Part shown: in pieces, positions 19,783 to 28,703 of the stretch | Position numbering within the stretch: position 1 is the stretch's first letter | How the letters are laid out: each line of letters opens with the position of its first letter | Assembly: GCA_009692185.1 (NCBI GenBank) | Contig: SHZT01000002.1 | Location: 33,455 to 97,454 of the forward strand | Length of the DNA stretch: 64,000 nt | Reading direction: 5' to 3' | Source: Gemmatimonadota bacterium | GTDB lineage: Bacteria > Gemmatimonadota > Gemmatimonadetes > Gemmatimonadales > GWC2-71-9 | Translations under genes and position numbers: made by a program | Notes under the pieces: model-generated | The model's database searches: none | What the model saw: only the letters and a program-made list of their open reading frames with translations | Told to the model about the DNA's origin: nothing

Positions 19783-20489
19783 GTGTGTCTCCCTGGATCC
19801 CGCGTGACCTGGTGCCGGGTAAGCCATCGGACCACGAACAGGCTGACGAGGCCGACACCGAGGCGGTTCGCGATCCCGTATTTCGCCGTTCCAGCCGTCC
19901 GCGGGAAATGCCGGACCGGCACCTGCGTCACGCGGTAGCCCTGGGCCTGAATCAGAAACGGAAGGTAGCGATGGAATGGCTCGAAGAGCGTCACGTGCTC
20001 GAGGCACTCTCGCCGGAATACCGTGAGCGGGCAGGTGATGTCTTCGAACCGGTCGCCCAGGATGGCGTGCCGGACCCCGCGCGCCGTCCGCGATGAAAAA
20101 AGCCGTACCCATGAGTCCTGCCGGTTCGTTCGAATGCCGTGCGCGCAATCGAATCCTTGCGCCAGCATCGGAAGCAGGAGCTGAAAGTCGTCCGGCGAAG
20201 TCTGGAGATCACCGTCGATGAGGCCAATGACGTCATAGCGGGCCGCGCCGAGGCCGCTCGCCAGCGCCGCCGATTTTCCGCCGCGCGCGGGCCGTGCCAC
20301 AAGCACGACCCGCTCTGCCGCGTGCGGGCCCAGCATGGCGGCCGTGCCGTCGGTGGACCCGTCGTCCACGCAGATGAGCTCGAACTGGTCCACGAGCGGA
20401 TTCCGCTCGAGGCTGGGCACCACGGTGGCGAGGAGGCGCTCGATGTTGGGTTCCTCGTTGTGAAGCGGCACCACGACCGAAACGTTCAT
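19779..20489 (-). CDS. GT2 polyprenyl-phosphate glycosyltransferase (ArnC/DPM1-like)
   Basis: 236 aa with MNVSVVVPLHNEEPNIERLL, ELICVDDGSTDGT and DGDLQ, ending in a single C-terminal TM. The ATG overlaps the stop of the upstream GT-C gene (ATGA 20486-20489). Confidence 0.85.
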   Translation of the reverse strand: MNVSVVVPLHNEEPNIERLLATVVPSLERNPLVDQFELICVDDGSTDGTAAMLGPHAAERVVLVARPARGGKSAALASGLGAARYDVIGLIDGDLQTSPDDFQLLLPMLAQGFDCAHGIRTNRQDSWVRLFSSRTARGVRHAILGDRFEDITCPLTVFRRECLEHVTLFEPFHRYLPFLIQAQGYRVTQVPVRHFPRTAGTAKYGIANRLGVGLVSLFVVRWLTRHQVTRDPGRHT

Positions 20490-21976
20490 GGCAGGCGCGC
20501 CACCGACCAGACAATGGCTGGTCCGTACTTCTGCTCGATGCGTTCCCGCGCCAGGTGGGCCAGAGAGCGATCACCCTCGGGCCTTCGCCAACTGTCGTAC
20601 CGGAAAACCGGTTCGAACCGGTACCCTCGCGCGTCAAATGCTTCCCCCGACGTCATTTCCGGCCAGATAAGGGGCACGCGCGTGTAGGGCACCAGGTCCC
20701 AGTAGATCATCGTCACGGGTTCACGCGCCAAAGCGGCATACGCCGAATCTATCGCCTCGGGCAGACTCTCCGGTGCGGGAGCCAGTTGGTCGGAAGAACG
20801 GAACCGGTTCGGCTCGATGCCACTGTAGTAGATCGCGACGGGCGCATCCACCCATAAGGCGCCGGTCGCGGGCGCTGCCTGGCGCAGGTAGTCGCCTACG
20901 AGACGATCACGGATGAGCGTGTACGGTCGGAACGCGAATGTCGGGATCTGAATCAGGAGAGACAGCGCCACCACCGCGCCGTGCCCCCACGGAACCAGTT
21001 TCCGGCGACCCTGCGCCAGGAACGGACCAACCGCAAACGCCGTCACACAGGAGGCGACCGGCACGATGACGAGCAGGTAACGCGGATCAGGATAGGAAAA
21101 GAACCGGATCTGCATGATGCCGATGACCGGCAGGAACGACAGAAAAAGGAACGCATACAGTGAGCGGCCGGAGGCCCACACGGCGCGTCGCCACTCCGGG
21201 CTTCGGAAGCCCGCCACCGCGGCGGTGAGGAGCGTCAGGATGGGCGCGTAGACCTGGACGAGCGTCAGCGGGAGCGTCCACGGGCCGATGACGGGCCGGG
21301 CACCTGCGCGGGACCAGAACGCCGCGTCCGCGGTGGACCCGGCTCGGCGGCGCACCAGCCACCAGAGGGGATCACCCGCCGCGTACCACGTCCACGTAGA
21401 CCAGACGGAGAGGCCAAGCACCACGCCCGCCGCCACCGCGAGCGACGTGCGACGGTGTCCGGTAACTCCCAGCCATACCGCCGCCAGTATGAGCACGAGT
21501 GATGCGTCGTTTCGGGTGAGCGCGGCAAGCGCGGCGAAGAGCACGATCGTCCAGCTCCGCTGCCCCACCGACACCTCGTACAGCACGAGCATGACGAACA
21601 AACCCGCCGTGGCTTCGGGCATGTACATCCACCCGTACGCGATGTGCCAGGGCGTGAGCGCCAGCGTGAGGCCCGCGAGCAAGCCGAGCCAGCGCTCCCT
21701 GGTGAGCCGGGTGGTGAGGGCGGCGGTCACGCCACACGTGAGCGAACTCGCCACGAGGCTCACGAGCCGCCCCGGCAGCATGTCGCTGCGCCCCGTGAGA
21801 TACATGACCGCCGTGCTCACGTAGCGAAACAGGGGCTCCCACACGACCTCGCGGCCCTTGTAGTCCGTGAGGATCCCGTGGTTCTCGATGGTCAGGCGGC
21901 TCATCATCCAGTTGTGGTATGCATCGCCCCAGTAGTCGGGGAAGCCCAGGGCCGCGTAGCCGAGTCGGGCGACCAC
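20486..21976 (-). CDS. GT-C fold membrane glycosyltransferase (ArnT/PMT-like)
   Basis: 496 aa and highly hydrophobic, with many TM segments. The first-loop acidic motif is GFPDYWGDAYHNW. The context with an ArnC-like GT2 and a LAB_N protein supports the call. GTG start; the true start could be slightly upstream. Confidence 0.65.
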   Translation of the reverse strand: MVARLGYAALGFPDYWGDAYHNWMMSRLTIENHGILTDYKGREVVWEPLFRYVSTAVMYLTGRSDMLPGRLVSLVASSLTCGVTAALTTRLTRERWLGLLAGLTLALTPWHIAYGWMYMPEATAGLFVMLVLYEVSVGQRSWTIVLFAALAALTRNDASLVLILAAVWLGVTGHRRTSLAVAAGVVLGLSVWSTWTWYAAGDPLWWLVRRRAGSTADAAFWSRAGARPVIGPWTLPLTLVQVYAPILTLLTAAVAGFRSPEWRRAVWASGRSLYAFLFLSFLPVIGIMQIRFFSYPDPRYLLVIVPVASCVTAFAVGPFLAQGRRKLVPWGHGAVVALSLLIQIPTFAFRPYTLIRDRLVGDYLRQAAPATGALWVDAPVAIYYSGIEPNRFRSSDQLAPAPESLPEAIDSAYAALAREPVTMIYWDLVPYTRVPLIWPEMTSGEAFDARGYRFEPVFRYDSWRRPEGDRSLAHLARERIEQKYGPAIVWSVARLP

Positions 21977-22014
21977 GGCGACGGCGACGACGAGAATGAC
22001 GGGCGAGCGAACGT

Positions 22015-23199
22015 TCAGGGAGGGGTCTCGCGCCGGAGGCGGGGGTAGTTCACGGCGTACCCGTCACCCATCCAGCGCACCTTGGGACGGAGCAGCAGGC
22101 TCGGCGGTAGCCAGAGAAAAGCCGGGACGGTGAACAGATTCAGCAGTGGTGCCAGGCGTTTCAGGCCCTTCGCCTGGATGCGGTGGGCCTCGACCCCGAT
22201 CATCACGGTATCGGTAAGGATCTTGATGGCCCACGCCGCCGCCGTCGGCACCGGCGCGATGAACCAGCCCGCGATCATCAGCGCCGACAACACGAAGTGG
22301 TACCCGAACGTGAAGGCGAGCCCGGCGCCCACATACCACGGGCCCTCGAACCCGCCCTTGAGCCAACGGCGTTGCTGGGAAAGCAGGTGGGTGAGGGACG
22401 GCACCTGGCTCATGAGGACCGTCGTCTCTGGACTGGCGTGGGCGACGCCGCGGTATCCCTGGCTGAACACGAGGCGGAAAATCGCGAGGTCCTCGGCGAT
22501 GGTGAAATTGGCCGCCTCCAGCCCTCCGGCTTCCAGGTATGGCTTTCTCCGGACGCCCATGTTCGGCCCGACCGACAGCCAGGTCGCGCCCCAGCCGGCG
22601 ATGCCGAACGCGAAGGGGAGCGTGTAGGCCCAGGCCATCCGCTCAATGACGCCGGGGAGCGTGCCGCCCCGCCCGACCATCATGCCGGCGATCAGGCCGC
22701 TCTTTTCGGTCGTGCGGCTCAACATGTAGCGGATCCAGCCGGGCTGGACCGCGGCGTCCGCGTCGGTGATGAACATCCATTCGCCGCGGGCCTGCCGCGC
22801 CGCGTGGGCCACGCCCCGTGCCTTGGCCTTGAGATGCGTGTCCGGAATGCCGACGGTGCTCAGGGCCTGGAAGTGGGGGTACCGCCGCGCCGCGTCGGCG
22901 ATGATCCGGCTAGTCGCGTCGGTGGACCGGTCGTCCACCAGCAGGACTTCCAGCTTGTCCTTCGGGAAGTCGAGCGCCGCGAGGGACGCGATGCAGACCG
23001 GGAGATCGATTTCCTCGTTGCGGCACGCGACGATGACGCTCACGAACGGAAGCTGGGCATCGGGCACAGGCGTGGACTTCGGCAGGCGCGCGAGGCCGGC
23101 CGCGAGCAACAGGAGGGTCAGCGCGTACAGGCTGACCATCACGAGCAGGGTGGCGGGGACAGCGTCTATCAAGGCCTGCATGCGGGCGACGGATTCCAC
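22015..23199 (-). CDS. polytopic GT2 glycosyltransferase (lipid/processive type, QxxRW)
   Basis: 394 aa with an N-terminal TM, then FVSVIVACRNEE, LLVDDRSTD, ITDADAAV and QQRRWLKG, followed by C-terminal TM helices. GTG at 23199, with an alternative ATG at 23181. Confidence 0.8.
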   Translation of the reverse strand: MESVARMQALIDAVPATLLVMVSLYALTLLLLAAGLARLPKSTPVPDAQLPFVSVIVACRNEEIDLPVCIASLAALDFPKDKLEVLLVDDRSTDATSRIIADAARRYPHFQALSTVGIPDTHLKAKARGVAHAARQARGEWMFITDADAAVQPGWIRYMLSRTTEKSGLIAGMMVGRGGTLPGVIERMAWAYTLPFAFGIAGWGATWLSVGPNMGVRRKPYLEAGGLEAANFTIAEDLAIFRLVFSQGYRGVAHASPETTVLMSQVPSLTHLLSQQRRWLKGGFEGPWYVGAGLAFTFGYHFVLSALMIAGWFIAPVPTAAAWAIKILTDTVMIGVEAHRIQAKGLKRLAPLLNLFTVPAFLWLPPSLLLRPKVRWMGDGYAVNYPRLRRETPP

Positions 23200-23211
23200 G
23201 ATTGGAAGGGG

Positions 23212-24735
23212 GTGGGTAGTTTACACACCGCCCAACCCGGGCGGTACCAGCATAGGGAGGCCGTCGTTCTCTTCGCACCCATCATCTTCTCGCTGTACGC
23301 GCTCGGTGCCGTCATCATCACGGTGTACACGCTGGGCGAACTGCACCTGCTCTACTACTACTACCAGCGCCATCGCCAGGCCGGGACGCCGTCACCCAAG
23401 CCACTGGATGCCGCCAACCTGCCGCTGGTAACGGTGCAGGTCGCCATGTACAACGAGCTGTACGTGGCCGAGCACATTATCGACGCGTGCTCCCAGCTGG
23501 ACTATCCACACGACCGGCTCGAGATACAGGTGTGCGACGACTCCACGGACGAGTCGTATGACGTGGCGCAGCGCCGGATCGAGCACTGGCGCGCACAAGG
23601 CGTGAACATCCGGCACCTGCATCGGAAGGACCGGAGCGGCTACAAGGCCGGCGCGCTCGCGGCCGCTACCAAGGTGGCCTCCGGCGAGTTTGTTGCCATT
23701 TTCGACGCCGATTTCCGCCCCCCACAGGACTTCCTGCGCCGTACCCTGCCCTACTTCCGCGACCGGCACGTCGGCATCGTGCAGTCCCGCTGGGGACACC
23801 TCAACCGCACGTACTCCGTGCTCACGTACGTCCAGGCCGTCCTGCTCGACATGTTTTTCATCATCGAGCACAAGGGCCGCGCCGTGCTTGGCGCATTCCT
23901 CCGGTTCAACGGGTCGGGCGGGGTGTGGCGGAAGAAGTGCCTGGACGACAGCGGCGGCTGGTCTGCGGATACCCTGTGTGAGGACCTCGACCTGTGCTAC
24001 CGCGCCCAGCTCCGCGGGTGGACAGCGGTGTACGACGACACGATCGTCTCGCCCGCCGAAGTGCCCGTGACGATGAGCGACTTCAAGGCCCAGCAGTACC
24101 GGTGGGTGAAGGGCAAGGCGCAGGTGATCCGGAAACTCCTCCCGGCCATCTGGGCGGCGCGTCTCCCGCCGGCGGTCAAGATCCACGCGCTGTTTGACCT
24201 GCTGAACATTTTCGCGGGCTCGAGCGTGCTGGTGCTGGGCCTCTGCAGCGTGCCCCTGACGTACATCGCGTGGAAACAACCCGAGTACTACCGGTACATG
24301 GCTTACGTGTCGTTCGGGCTTTCCAACCTGATTATTGCTCCGTGGTTCGCGCTGATCGTGCTCAAGACCTATTACACCGGCGGCGCGCGGGTCACGAAGG
24401 AGTTCTTCACCGTGTTCCCGCCCCTGGTGGCGACGGTCGTGGGCATGCCCCTGTTCCAGACGGCCGCGATGGTGGACGGTTTCTTCGGCGGAGCAGGGTC
24501 GTTCCACAAGACGGCCAAGTACAACATCACCCAACTCACGGACCGGTGGCGGGACAAGCTGTATTCGCCCAAGCGGATTTCCGGGACGACGCTGGCGGAG
24601 GGCGTGCTCGCGGTGTTCTTCATGTACGGCACGTGGCTCAGTGTGACACTGCACAACTGGGGCGCGCTGCCGTTCCAGGTGGCCCTGGTATTCGGGTATT
24701 CCTACATTTTCCTGCGGTCGGTGCTCAAGGCGTAG
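23212..24735 (+). CDS. polytopic processive GT2 synthase (cellulose-synthase-like / CslA-like)
   Basis: This is the C-terminal 508 codons of the 850-aa ORF 22183..24735. Motifs are VTVQVAMYNE, QVCDDSTDES, FDADF, ITEDLD-like LCEDLDL and QQYRWVKG, followed by about 5 TM helices. The upstream part of the ORF is antisense to the previous gene. The start GTG at 23212 is uncertain. Confidence 0.75.
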   Translation: MGSLHTAQPGRYQHREAVVLFAPIIFSLYALGAVIITVYTLGELHLLYYYYQRHRQAGTPSPKPLDAANLPLVTVQVAMYNELYVAEHIIDACSQLDYPHDRLEIQVCDDSTDESYDVAQRRIEHWRAQGVNIRHLHRKDRSGYKAGALAAATKVASGEFVAIFDADFRPPQDFLRRTLPYFRDRHVGIVQSRWGHLNRTYSVLTYVQAVLLDMFFIIEHKGRAVLGAFLRFNGSGGVWRKKCLDDSGGWSADTLCEDLDLCYRAQLRGWTAVYDDTIVSPAEVPVTMSDFKAQQYRWVKGKAQVIRKLLPAIWAARLPPAVKIHALFDLLNIFAGSSVLVLGLCSVPLTYIAWKQPEYYRYMAYVSFGLSNLIIAPWFALIVLKTYYTGGARVTKEFFTVFPPLVATVVGMPLFQTAAMVDGFFGGAGSFHKTAKYNITQLTDRWRDKLYSPKRISGTTLAEGVLAVFFMYGTWLSVTLHNWGALPFQVALVFGYSYIFLRSVLKA

Positions 24736-25111
24736 CTACAGCCCCTCGATTTCTTCCTCGGTCTACCCGCTCGTGGAACCACGAACTGCGGGCATCCACC
24801 GCGGCGATCCGGATGCGCGACCGGGGGTTCACCGTGGCCGCCGGGACCACGAAGAGCCGCACGCCTTCCAGCACGCCGTGAATCTCGAAGCCCGTCAGCG
24901 ATTCCTCATCCAGGTCGATTTCCACCTCCAGGACCGCGGCCCCGGGCGGCCCGTCTTCGAGGTCCACCGGACGGTCGGTGAGCCACACGCCCTCGGCGCT
25001 GAGCATCTGGCCGGTGTTTTCGTCGTCGCCAAAACGCCACTTCTCATCGCCAAATCCTTCCTTGACGATGCCGCGGGCGAGGGACACGAGTGTGCGATGG
25101 TAGAGGATCAT
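24725..25111 (-). CDS. hypothetical protein (128 aa)
   Basis: The track start at 25117 is a TTG. The ATG at 25111 gives MILYHRTLVSLARGIVKEGF..., with good G/C third-position bias and no family recognised. Confidence 0.55.
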   Translation of the reverse strand: MILYHRTLVSLARGIVKEGFGDEKWRFGDDENTGQMLSAEGVWLTDRPVDLEDGPPGAAVLEVEIDLDEESLTGFEIHGVLEGVRLFVVPAATVNPRSRIRIAAVDARSSWFHERVDRGRNRGAVATP

Positions 25112-25175
25112 GCCCAAACTTGTCCCGGCCGCGACGCGCCGGATAGGGTCTCGGCGCGGGTTGCAACAATTCCGG

Positions 25176-26384
25176 TCAGATCGTCACCAAGTGCAGGTCG
25201 AGAATGTCCGCGTTGCCTTCCTGCATGTGTTTCAGGAGCGCATCGGACGGGGCGCCATCCAGATTGATGCGCGCCACCGCCGCCTCGGCACCCTCGAAAA
25301 TAACGTTCTCGGTCTCCTGCACGTTGATGTTGCCGCTCCGCAGGCAGTGGAACACGTGGGCCAGGACGCCGGGACGGTCCTGGTGGCGGACGACGAGCAT
25401 ATGCGTCGCCTGGGTCTTCTTCGCGAGGTTCACGACGTTGGGCACCCGGCCCGTGTCCCGGTACGTCGCGATGATGCGGACGGTTTCCTCGGCGATTGCT
25501 TCCTGCGCCTGGTCCGTCGAGGCGCCGATGTGATGCGTGCCGATCAGGTTGGGGACGGCGATGATGGGGTTAACGAACTCACCGGTAGCGCCCGTCGGCT
25601 CGCCGGGATAGACGTCGAGTCCGACGCGGAGGTCCCGCTCGCGGGCCACGCGCTCCAGCGCCGCGTAATCCACGACTTCCGCTCGCGCCGTGTTGATGAA
25701 GATGGACCCCGGCTTGAGCTTCTCGAGGACTGCCGCGTTGACCAGGCCCTTGGTCTCCGCGCTCAGCGCAAGGTGCACGCTCAGCACGTCGGCGCGCTCG
25801 GCGACCTCTTCCGGCGAACGCGCGATCTGGATCGGGAGCCCATCCTGGTTTGCCCGGCCGGTGGCGAACCGGCGGCTCCACACCACCACCGGCATCCCGA
25901 ACGCCTGTGCCCGCCGCGCCATTTCCTGCCCGATGTTCCCGTAGCCCAGCAGGCCGAGGGTGCGGCCGAGCATGCCGCGCGCCTTGGAGAAGTCCTTCTT
26001 GTTCCAGGTGTGAGCCTTGAGGGCCGCGACGTTGTCTGGGATGCGGCGATCCAGCGACAGCATGAGTGCAAAGGCAAGCTCGGCGACGGCCACGGCATTC
26101 TTGCCGGGGCAGTTCGAGACGTAGATGCCGCGCTTCGATGCGGTCGCGACGTCAATCGTGTTGTAGCCGGCCCCCGCGCGGACGACCAGGGAGAGGGCGC
26201 CCGATTCGAGCATCGGCCCGGTCACGGCGGTACTGCGTACCACCAGGACGTGGGCCGCAGTTTCTCGTATGGCCTTGGCCAGCGTGTCGTCCTTCACGTC
26301 GGGCTGGTAGATGACTTCACAGCCGGCGGCTTTCAGGCCGGCGAGGCCGCTGGCTTCGAATTTGTCGGCGACGAGGACTTTCAT
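25176..26384 (-). CDS. serA: D-3-phosphoglycerate dehydrogenase with C-terminal ACT domain
   Basis: Trimmed to MKVLVADKFEASGLAGLKAAG (ATG 26384). NAD site is LGLLGYGNIGQEMARRA. The body is a D-2-hydroxyacid dehydrogenase and the tail is ACT-like (HMLVVRHQDRPGVLAHVFHCL). Confidence 0.85.
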   Translation of the reverse strand: MKVLVADKFEASGLAGLKAAGCEVIYQPDVKDDTLAKAIRETAAHVLVVRSTAVTGPMLESGALSLVVRAGAGYNTIDVATASKRGIYVSNCPGKNAVAVAELAFALMLSLDRRIPDNVAALKAHTWNKKDFSKARGMLGRTLGLLGYGNIGQEMARRAQAFGMPVVVWSRRFATGRANQDGLPIQIARSPEEVAERADVLSVHLALSAETKGLVNAAVLEKLKPGSIFINTARAEVVDYAALERVARERDLRVGLDVYPGEPTGATGEFVNPIIAVPNLIGTHHIGASTDQAQEAIAEETVRIIATYRDTGRVPNVVNLAKKTQATHMLVVRHQDRPGVLAHVFHCLRSGNINVQETENVIFEGAEAAVARINLDGAPSDALLKHMQEGNADILDLHLVTI

Positions 26385-26433
26385 GCCCAAACTTGTCGCG
26401 GGCCGGGCGCGCTGGAAAGGGCGGGGGGCGTGC

Positions 26434-26793
26434 CTAGAGAAGCGCAACCTTCAGGCGCTGCGCCGCTCGGCGCAGGGCACCGTCCGCACTCCAGAGCGAC
26501 GCGGACCCGATGAGGGTCGACGCCAGCAGATGGACATCGACCCAGCCGAGGCCGCTGCCGGCCAGGTGTTGGCGCTCGACCAGCGCCATTACTTCCGCGT
26601 GGCCGGCGATCGGCGCTTCCGGGAGCTGACCCATGTGGCCGAGAATCTCGACACGACGCTTCATGGTGCCGCAGGCTACTTCACCCGCCACGAAGGGGTG
26701 GGTCAACACGAGCCGGTCGGCCAACAACGATGAGAGTCTGGGATTGGCGCTCGCGATGTGACCGATCCACACCGAACTGTCAACAAGGATCAC
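26434..26793 (-). CDS. vapC: type II toxin VapC (PIN domain)
   Basis: 119 aa starting MILVDSSVWIGHI, with conserved acidic residues (D at position 5, GEV, WVDVHLL). The GTG start overlaps the vapB stop (GTGA). Confidence 0.85.
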   Translation of the reverse strand: MILVDSSVWIGHIASANPRLSSLLADRLVLTHPFVAGEVACGTMKRRVEILGHMGQLPEAPIAGHAEVMALVERQHLAGSGLGWVDVHLLASTLIGSASLWSADGALRRAAQRLKVALL

Positions 26794-26996
26794 GGGTTCC
26801 GGAAGTCCGGTGGACGGCGCCGCGGGGCGGCCCGGGCGTGCGGGTCGGACCCGCCGAGCGCGATCAGGCGGCGCGCGGCGTCCCGGGCGATGAGCGCCTT
26901 GAGGCCTTCGTGCACCACTGCGGTTTTTTCTCCAAGGCCGGTCACGCGCATGGCGTCACGCATCAGGGTATCGTCGAGGTTCAGTGTCGTTCTCAT
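26790..26996 (-). CDS. vapB: type II antitoxin VapB family
   Basis: Trimmed to MRTTLNLDDTLMRDAMRVTGLGEKTAVVHEGLKALIA (ATG 26996), the typical VapB/DUF2191-like N-terminus. Confidence 0.8.
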   Translation of the reverse strand: MRTTLNLDDTLMRDAMRVTGLGEKTAVVHEGLKALIARDAARRLIALGGSDPHARAAPRRRPPDFRNP

Positions 26997-27032
26997 GCAT
27001 ACAAGTATGCCTTCTCTGTGCATATTGGACAA
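26997..27032 (-). promoter_or_regulatory. putative vapBC promoter/operator (leaderless layout)
   Basis: The minus strand reads TTGTCC (27032-27027), a 17-nt spacer, CATACT (27009-27004), 7 nt, then ATG. The -10 lies inside the perfect palindrome GCATAC-TT-GTATGC (27010-26997), which abuts the start codon. Confidence 0.4.
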
Positions 27033-27034
27033 GG

Positions 27035-28588
27035 TCATCGCAACCCCCGGTCGAGTGTCCGGTACTGCACCGCCTCGCTCACGTGCGCGGGCAGGATGTC
27101 GGCCGCGCCGGCCAGGTCGGCGATGGTGCGGGAGATCTTGAGGACCCGGTGATACGCCCGCGCCGACAGTTTGAGCCGGGCGATGGCGGTGCGGAGGAGC
27201 GCATCTGCCTCATCGGTCACGCGGCAATAGCGGCGCAGGTCTTTGGGCGCCATGTGCGCGTTAGCGAAGACACCCTGGCGCTTGGCGAAGCGCTCCTGCT
27301 GGAGTGCCCGGGCGCGGTTCACCCGCTCGCGAATGGCGCCGCTGGGTTCCCCGGCCCGGTCCAGCGTCAACTCGCGATAGGGCACGGCGGGCACTTCGAG
27401 ATGGATGTCGATCCGGTCCAGCAGTGGGCCGGAAACACGAGCGAGGTAGCGCTCCACGCCGATGGGCCCACAGGTACAGGTGCGTCCGGGATCGCCCCAG
27501 TAGCCGCAGGGACAGGGGTTCATCGCGGCCGCGAGCATGAACCGCGCGGGATAGCACAGGGATGACGCCGCGCGGGAGATCGTCACGAAGCCGTCTTCCA
27601 TGGGCTGGCGGAGGACCTCGAGCACGTTCTTGCGGAACTCGGGGAGTTCGTCGAGGAACAGCACCCCGCCCTGCGCCAGGCTCACCTCACCCGGGCGCGG
27701 GTAGGACCCGCCCCCGATGAGCCCCGCATCGCTGATGGTGTGGTGCGGCGCCCGGAACGGCCGGGTGGTGACGAGGGCCGCGCCAGCGGGCAGCATGCCG
27801 GCCACGCTGTGAATCTTGGTGGTTTCCAGCGCCTCTTCGAGCGTCATTTCCGGCAGTATGGTCGGCAGGCGGCGCGCGAGCATGGTTTTTCCCGAGCCCG
27901 GCGGGCCGACCATGAGCAGGTTATGCCCGCCCGCCGCGGCTACTTCAAGGGCCCGCTTGGCGTGTTCCTGCCCTCGCACCTCGCCGAAGTCCACGTCGTC
28001 GGCGCGGGGACCGGCGAACAGCGCGTCACGATCGACCGACGCGTGGGGCAGTTCGCAGTCGCCCAAGACAAAGGCGGCCAGCTGATGCAGCGAGTCCGCG
28101 CCCAGGACCTCGATGCCGTCCACCACGCCGGCCTCCGCGAGGTTCGCCACCGGCACGATGACGCCCTTGAGCCCCGCTTGTTTGGCGCCGAGCGCGACGG
28201 GTAGCGCCCCACGAATGGGCCGGACACCACCCTCCAGTCCCAGCTCTCCAACGACCGCATAGTCGTCCAGCGACCGGTGGCCGTTTCCGTCTGCCGTGCC
28301 ACCCAGTTGCTCGGTCGCGGCCAGGACGCCGATTGCGATGGGCAGGTCGAACGCCGAGCCATCCTTTCTGATATCGGCAGGCGCAAGATTCACCGTGATT
28401 CGCCGCAGGGGAAACTCGAACCCGGAGTTCACGACGGCCGCGTAGACCCGTTCCTTGCCTTCCTTCACTGCGCCGTGCGGCAAACCAACCGTTTGGAACG
28501 ACGGGAGGCCGTGGGCGATGTCCACTTCGACGTCTACGAGGTAGGCGTCGATACCGAGGACTGCCGCGGAGCGGACACGGGCGAGCAT
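27035..28588 (-). CDS. YifB/ComM family Mg-chelatase-like AAA+ ATPase
   Basis: Trimmed to MLARVRSAAVLGIDAYLVDVEVD (ATG 28588). Walker A is LLMVGPPGSGKTMLARRLP and Walker B is GVLFLDELPEF. A C-terminal Mg-chelatase subunit domain follows. Confidence 0.88.
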   Translation of the reverse strand: MLARVRSAAVLGIDAYLVDVEVDIAHGLPSFQTVGLPHGAVKEGKERVYAAVVNSGFEFPLRRITVNLAPADIRKDGSAFDLPIAIGVLAATEQLGGTADGNGHRSLDDYAVVGELGLEGGVRPIRGALPVALGAKQAGLKGVIVPVANLAEAGVVDGIEVLGADSLHQLAAFVLGDCELPHASVDRDALFAGPRADDVDFGEVRGQEHAKRALEVAAAGGHNLLMVGPPGSGKTMLARRLPTILPEMTLEEALETTKIHSVAGMLPAGAALVTTRPFRAPHHTISDAGLIGGGSYPRPGEVSLAQGGVLFLDELPEFRKNVLEVLRQPMEDGFVTISRAASSLCYPARFMLAAAMNPCPCGYWGDPGRTCTCGPIGVERYLARVSGPLLDRIDIHLEVPAVPYRELTLDRAGEPSGAIRERVNRARALQQERFAKRQGVFANAHMAPKDLRRYCRVTDEADALLRTAIARLKLSARAYHRVLKISRTIADLAGAADILPAHVSEAVQYRTLDRGLR

Positions 28589-28703
28589 GGGAGACGGTAG
28601 GGCGGCAGGGCGGAAAGGTAGGCACGAAACGAACGCAGGCGGGACCAACTCTACGCGAGCGGGACCGTGAGCACGAGATTCCCAGCCTGAAGCCTGGGAA
28701 CAG

